64,000 nt of DNA from Takakia lepidozioides (Eukaryota; Plantae; Bryophyta). The translations under genes and the position numbers were made by a program. The notes beneath the pieces are model-generated. The model was not told the origin of the DNA. It was given only the letters and a program-made list of their open reading frames with translations, and did not search any database. Location of the stretch: the NCBI GenBank assembly GCA_030704615.1, contig CM060733.1, positions 47,616,001 to 47,680,000 of the forward strand, given 5' to 3'. Below, in pieces: positions 59,021 through 64,000 of the stretch; the stretch's first letter is position 1, and each line of letters begins with the position of its first letter.

Positions 59021-62000
59021 TCAAGGAAGGCTAGCAAGCCAAGGTAGGAGTTTGGCATGGACAATGTTGGGCCGGTCACCATGGGGACAATGCCCTACAC
59101 CAGGGAGCACATGGTGCTCCACATTTGGAGCACTTGAGGGGAGAGCCTGGTAATACTTCCCAACTGGGTCATTAATGGGAGTGAAGGGGTCATCATCACC
59201 CCACAGCACCAAAACTGGATGAGTGATGGAGGCAAGGATGGAGGGCATCAATGTCATTGGTTTTGGCCCTGGTGGCCCTGTTATAATAGCGACAAATGCA
59301 TCCAACGCACCTACATCGTCCACAGGTTTCAGTATAACCTGGCAGAAAGGAGTTTGGCTCATTAGAAATGTCTGAAGTCCTTGCAAGTGAGGAAGAAATC
59401 TATTCCCCACTTCACCTAATTTGGAGAGATGAAATGATACTTTAGAGATAAACAAAGGGTGTAATCATTTCATGGATGCAATAGCCTTGTGTCCCTGACA
59501 TTTTAATGCTCCAGTTGGGTGATTAACTATCAGCATCTCACGCCTATATCAGCCAATGTAGACGCACCATGATCTGAGCTTGACAATGGTTTATCACAAA
59601 CACAAATGGAAAATGAAGTTCAGGTATTGCAGAAAATACCCTTCTAGTAGCCACTAAGAAATCAGAGAGACAATAATCATAAGACGTTTGCCATGGGGTT
59701 GTGGCCTAGACCCTACGCACAGTTTGGCCAGAACAAGAACCAGAGAAAAAACCAGAGAGAGAAAGATCTGACTGTATGTTGCCACAGTAATATTGAGTGC
59801 TACCTGCTAAGAGAGTTACCTTAACATGCTCGTCATCAACAGCCTCCTTGTTGCAGTACACTGATTGCAACACAGTCTTCAGGTTATCCCTATCAAGCAC
59901 CGTAAAAGTTGAGTTATAACAGGGAATAGAATGCCAAAGAGGCACATCACAGCTCATCCTCAGCACTTTACATGGCAAGCCACAGATGGCATTATGGTGC
60001 TCTGGGTTAGAAGTCCATCAAGTGACGTTTTGGTACTCCAGACAAGACAGAAGTCCTCTCCACCTGGAATGTGCTAATAGTGGGCCCAATCACTGGGTTA
60101 TCTGTTGGAAACACAACATAACAGGCTTGCATTTTTATCACCTTGATTTCACTCTGTTGAAGAGACGAGAAGCAATGGAGGCTGCTGCAAGAGAAAATCA
60201 ATGAGCCACGGCAGCGGTAGAAGTAGCTGCAGGCGCCAGTCATTAGTAACAGCCTTGTTGTTCATGCCCCCTGCGCAGTTAAGTAGCACCATTCCCCTCA
60301 CTAGCCCTGAGGGTGCTGCCTCTGGACCCATATTCCACCCATACCCCATAGTTTGAGTTTGACAAACCCATCAATTTTCTTGAAATATATAATGGCATGA
60401 CAGTAGACTTGCCAATTAAAACCATATCGTAAATAAACAAACCAATAATGAAGTATGAAGAGTTATATTCACCATCACACATCCTACATGTCCAGATTCA
60501 TGTATGCAGTAAAATTGTGAAAGGGCAGTCATTACTGCAACCTGCAGAAGCAATGACACATACAAGGCTGCCGATCGAGTTCCCACGAGAACAGTTGGTC
60601 CACCCACCACCTCTTTGATAAAGTCTATGAGCAGCTGCTCAGCAAAATCCCATAGAAGAGTTACAGCCACCAAGAAGAAAACAGAAGGAAAAAGGGATGA
60701 CAGAACATCCATAACGAGAGGGAAACAGAGAGGACAGTATGAATTACTGCCAGCGCATTAACTGCTATCCGAAGAGTTATATTCACCACCACACATCCTA
60801 CATGTCCAGATTCATGTATGCAGTAAAATTGTGAAAGGGCAGTCATTACTCCAACCTGCAGAAGCAATGACACACGCAAGGCTGCCCATCGAGTTTCCCA
60901 CGAGAACAGTTGGTCCACCCACCACCTCTTTGATAAAGTCTATGAGCAGCTGCTCAGCAAAATCCCATAGAAGAGTTACAGCCACCAAGAAGAAACAGAA
61001 GGAAAAAGGGATGACAGAACATCCATAACGAGAGGGAAATAGAGAGGACAGTATGAATCACTGCCAGCGGATTAACTGCTATCCATCCTGAGGGAGTCAT
61101 ATTTCACTGGAATTGGGAAATTTGAGGATGTAGCTAAAACCTACTGGACACATGTCAGACCATCCCTAAGCTTCTGGTCAGAGGTTTGCAGATGACTTCG
61201 ATTTAGATAGAAAAAAGGGGAAGAGGAAGGCAGTAAAAAGGAGTATGGGCCTTGCCTCAGCCCATGTCTCCATGGTGTAGAGAAATTTTGGAGGCTTGGA
61301 GGAGGCACCCAAGCCAAGCAGATCGATGGCATACACTGTGTTGCACTTGGCTAGAACTCCTATATTTCTGCACAAAAGCCCTAGTTTGTGTCAGAACGCC
61401 ACAGGACATCTCAAAGGCCAAACTGCACTAGACCTATGCATAAAGTCTGTGAAGTGCAGTTAGCTATTGGTGTAGAAGTCACAAGCTTTTGGGGTAACAA
61501 ATAGGGAAGAAGAATCAACCGAGCTCATGTAGAAGTACAAACGATTCAAAATAAGCTGCAGAATCGCAATAACAATCTCATTTAGGTCCACAAGCCAATT
61601 TAACCCATACTATCTGAAGCTAGGCATCGTGGATCGTCAATGGGAGGAAGCACCTTCGCCAGTGACCAATGGATGCACCAAAGCCATGGACAAGAAGCAC
61701 CGGAGGCCCGCTGCCTTGGACTGCATAATTGATCGAATGTCCTTTCCATATCCACTCTCGACAGGTTGCGTATATAGCCTCCAGCTCCTCACTTATGGAA
61801 GACTCTCCAACTGGGCGCCCCTCCTTCTGATCGTGCGCGAGGCGGGATGGGGCTCCCATTCCCTCGTGAAGGAAAATGTTCTTGAATTGAAGGGAAACTC
61901 ATCCTCGGGAATGCCCTGGAGGCATGGCTGTGCCTGCCACAAGGCATGCTTGGAGCATGCGAATAAATCTGGTATTGATATCGATGTGAGGGCGCTGATT

Positions 62001-62131
62001 CGTGCGCGACTGATGTTGGTGAAGAATGTGTGGAGCGATTCAAGACCAGACGTAAGATGCACGATACGAATGCACAGACAGTGCCATTGTTGCGGTGCTG
62101 AGCAGACGGTCGAGGACGAAGACGAAGACAA
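59021..62131 (-). pseudogene. Alpha/beta-hydrolase (plastid pheophytinase-like family), frameshifted
   Basis: W.WKGHSINY..GSGPPVLLVHGFGASIGHWRR, VYAIDLLGLGASSKP, LVGNSMGSL (GxSxG), LLNCAGGMNNKA, PVLVLWGDDDPFTP, GVGHCPH. Frame breaks near 61850 and 60180. One GC-AG intron with donor at ~61256. Confidence 0.8.
60458..61085. repeat. Tandem duplication (~314 bp x2) spanning the catalytic-serine exon
   Basis: 60458-60770 matches 60771-61085. Confidence 0.92.
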
Positions 62132-62860
62132 CTGCGAAGTAGACAGTGTGCAGCGTTCAAAGTAGACAGTGAACTGAAATAATATATTATACGTTCATCC
62201 CCAGATTCCGACATTCATCCAAGCTATTCATCTCAACTGGTCGGATAATGGCCGACATTCAACTGGAACCATTCGATCGTATTAAGATAAGATGTGGATG
62301 GTCAGATTCCTTGATGCGCTGCCACGGAGACAAGGTTACTTTATGATTGACCTAAAACTCGTAGAGCAGCCTGATTAAGGTAAGGCACTGGTCTTAAGAT
62401 CGAATAAGGATTAAGTTAAGACTAAGATTTGTAAGTAATTAGGTGAAGGCAGATGTGTGAAGTCGGTCGTGGGTTCAAACTCCCGGTCTCGCGCGGTGTT
62501 GCTGCTGCGCTCGAGGATTTCAAATCGGGTATAACAGCTTGGACCGACGGTCATAGGCGTGGAATAATGTCTCTGACCGAGGGGTAAAGACTAAAGACGT
62601 AGCCTGGCTTCTTCCTTCCTCTCTCTTACTCACTCAGTTGCTTGGTTGCTGCAGAATGTCTGCGTGCCTGCGCAAGCTCACACTCGGGAATCCGGTTGCA
62701 TTACGTTCAATCCAGTGCAGTGCATTTTTTTCGAAGGATGCTTAGCTGGTTCTGCTCACATTGGTGCTCCAGACTGGATTTCGAAGCTGAGGCTGGAGTA
62801 AATCGGGAGCAAGAATTGAGGCTCTCATAATATGCAGGATCGAGAAGTGCGTTTGGATTC

Positions 62861-63052
62861 ATGGGGAAGAAGATAAGACGGATGCGACCGGAAATCGGTG
62901 AGAGCTGCACGCGGGCACAGGGCCTGTGTCGTTACAGAGATGTGGATCAACGCAAGCTTCGCCGCCTCATTCTTGAGGCCAAGCTCGCGCCTTGCTATCC
63001 TGGAGGGGAGAAGCTCGCAGCCGAACTCGAAGAATGCCCTATTTGCTTCTTG
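62861..63052 (+). CDS. GW2/DA2-like RING E3 ubiquitin ligase, exon 1 (remainder not seen in the window)
   Basis: TRAQGL..YRDVDQRKLRRLILEAKLAPCYPG....LEECPICFL followed by donor GTAGGT. Confidence 0.85.
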
Positions 63053-64000
63053 GTAGGTTCACTCGATATGCCTGCTTCGGTGTTGGCAGGGTTTATTTGT
63101 TTCTTCTTATCCGGTCCATAGGATGGCAAGGTTATCTTCTGCCCTGCCTAAGTCATATTTGGGTTGCTGCGTGGATGGTAGTAGACTTTGCTCTCTTCCA
63201 ATTTCGCGAGCTGAGCAAGATGGCGATGCTGAAAGTCTGGTGGCGAGGATTAAGGCATACATTCCTGAGTATGAGGGGTGTCCAGCTCAGCGGATGCTTT
63301 CAGTGTCTTAGACCTGTGGTGTATGTTCGTGACAGTGGCCAATTGGACTGTAGGGGAGCTATCTTCACTATTGAATCCTCAGTCCCACTTTTTGGTATGA
63401 GGATGTAGTTGTTGTCCAGATACAGTGAGTAATGAGTATCTCCTGTGGCACATGAAGGCAGGAATCTCTAAAACTATAATGGCTTAGGGAAAGAGAGAGA
63501 AAGAAATGGCAACACACCATTGAGCAATAGGCCCTATCTAACAACTATTTTCAATCTTGAAGCCAAATGTGGGTGGTTACAACCCACCAGGGTATGAAAT
63601 GCACCCAAAAATTACCAGTGCTGACAGGACCAGACACAGTGAATTGACATCCAGCATCGGTTTTAGGGCTAGCATTAACATCATACTGGAAAGCAGAGAG
63701 AATGTACTCACAAGACATTGTTTGCCGTAGCCTTGTGGCCATTTACCCCATACTGTTTATCCGATTTTTCCAGATATCCTCTAGAAATCCCTTCACACAA
63801 GCATCAATCTGCTGTGTGTGGTTGCCCAATCACTAGGCCCCAAAAGGGCCTGGGCTTTTGGCTCAGCATTGAGACTTTCAAAGTTGGTAAACAGAGGTTC
63901 AGGCACAATTCCTTGATGGATTTGAAGAGGGCGTCTCCCTGATGAGAGTACCCAGGAAAATGAATCAGAAAATGAATATTGTCTTCAGGTTGCCCTTACA

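Overview
Eukaryotic land-plant DNA with spliceosomal introns and PLS-class PPR, DUF1218, DUF688 and GW2/DA2 family genes. A non-seed plant such as a bryophyte is my guess from the TE families and is not proven. The window has two halves. (1) 1-28053 is transposon-derived and appears to be one >28 kb unit with CACTA-type ends. The right end reads ...CTGTTATAGTG at 28053, mirror-oriented TATGACT/AGTCATA and CACGTG subterminal arrays lie at both ends, and a TnpA-like fragment sits at ~27.0-27.2 kb. Inside are three diverged subfamilies (alpha, beta, gamma) of an apparently endonuclease-less Penelope-like retroelement. They have ~2.2-2.4 kb pseudo-LTRs, an ORF0-ORF1-RT layout, alternate in orientation and are joined at GA/TC tracts. 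Also inside are four fragments of a GCM-domain/MULE-type DDE/SWIM transposase in alternating orientation, and three distinct arrays of palindromic motifs, including a 1.9 kb fold-back satellite. (2) 28054-64000 is ordinary gene space: tRNA-Gln(CTG), a DUF688 gene, UTP14, a PPR::ABCG chimeric pseudogene, a DUF1218 gene, a frameshifted alpha/beta-hydrolase with a duplicated catalytic exon, exon 1 of a GW2/DA2-like RING ligase, and small TE remnants. All family calls come from recognising motifs by eye; no searches were run.
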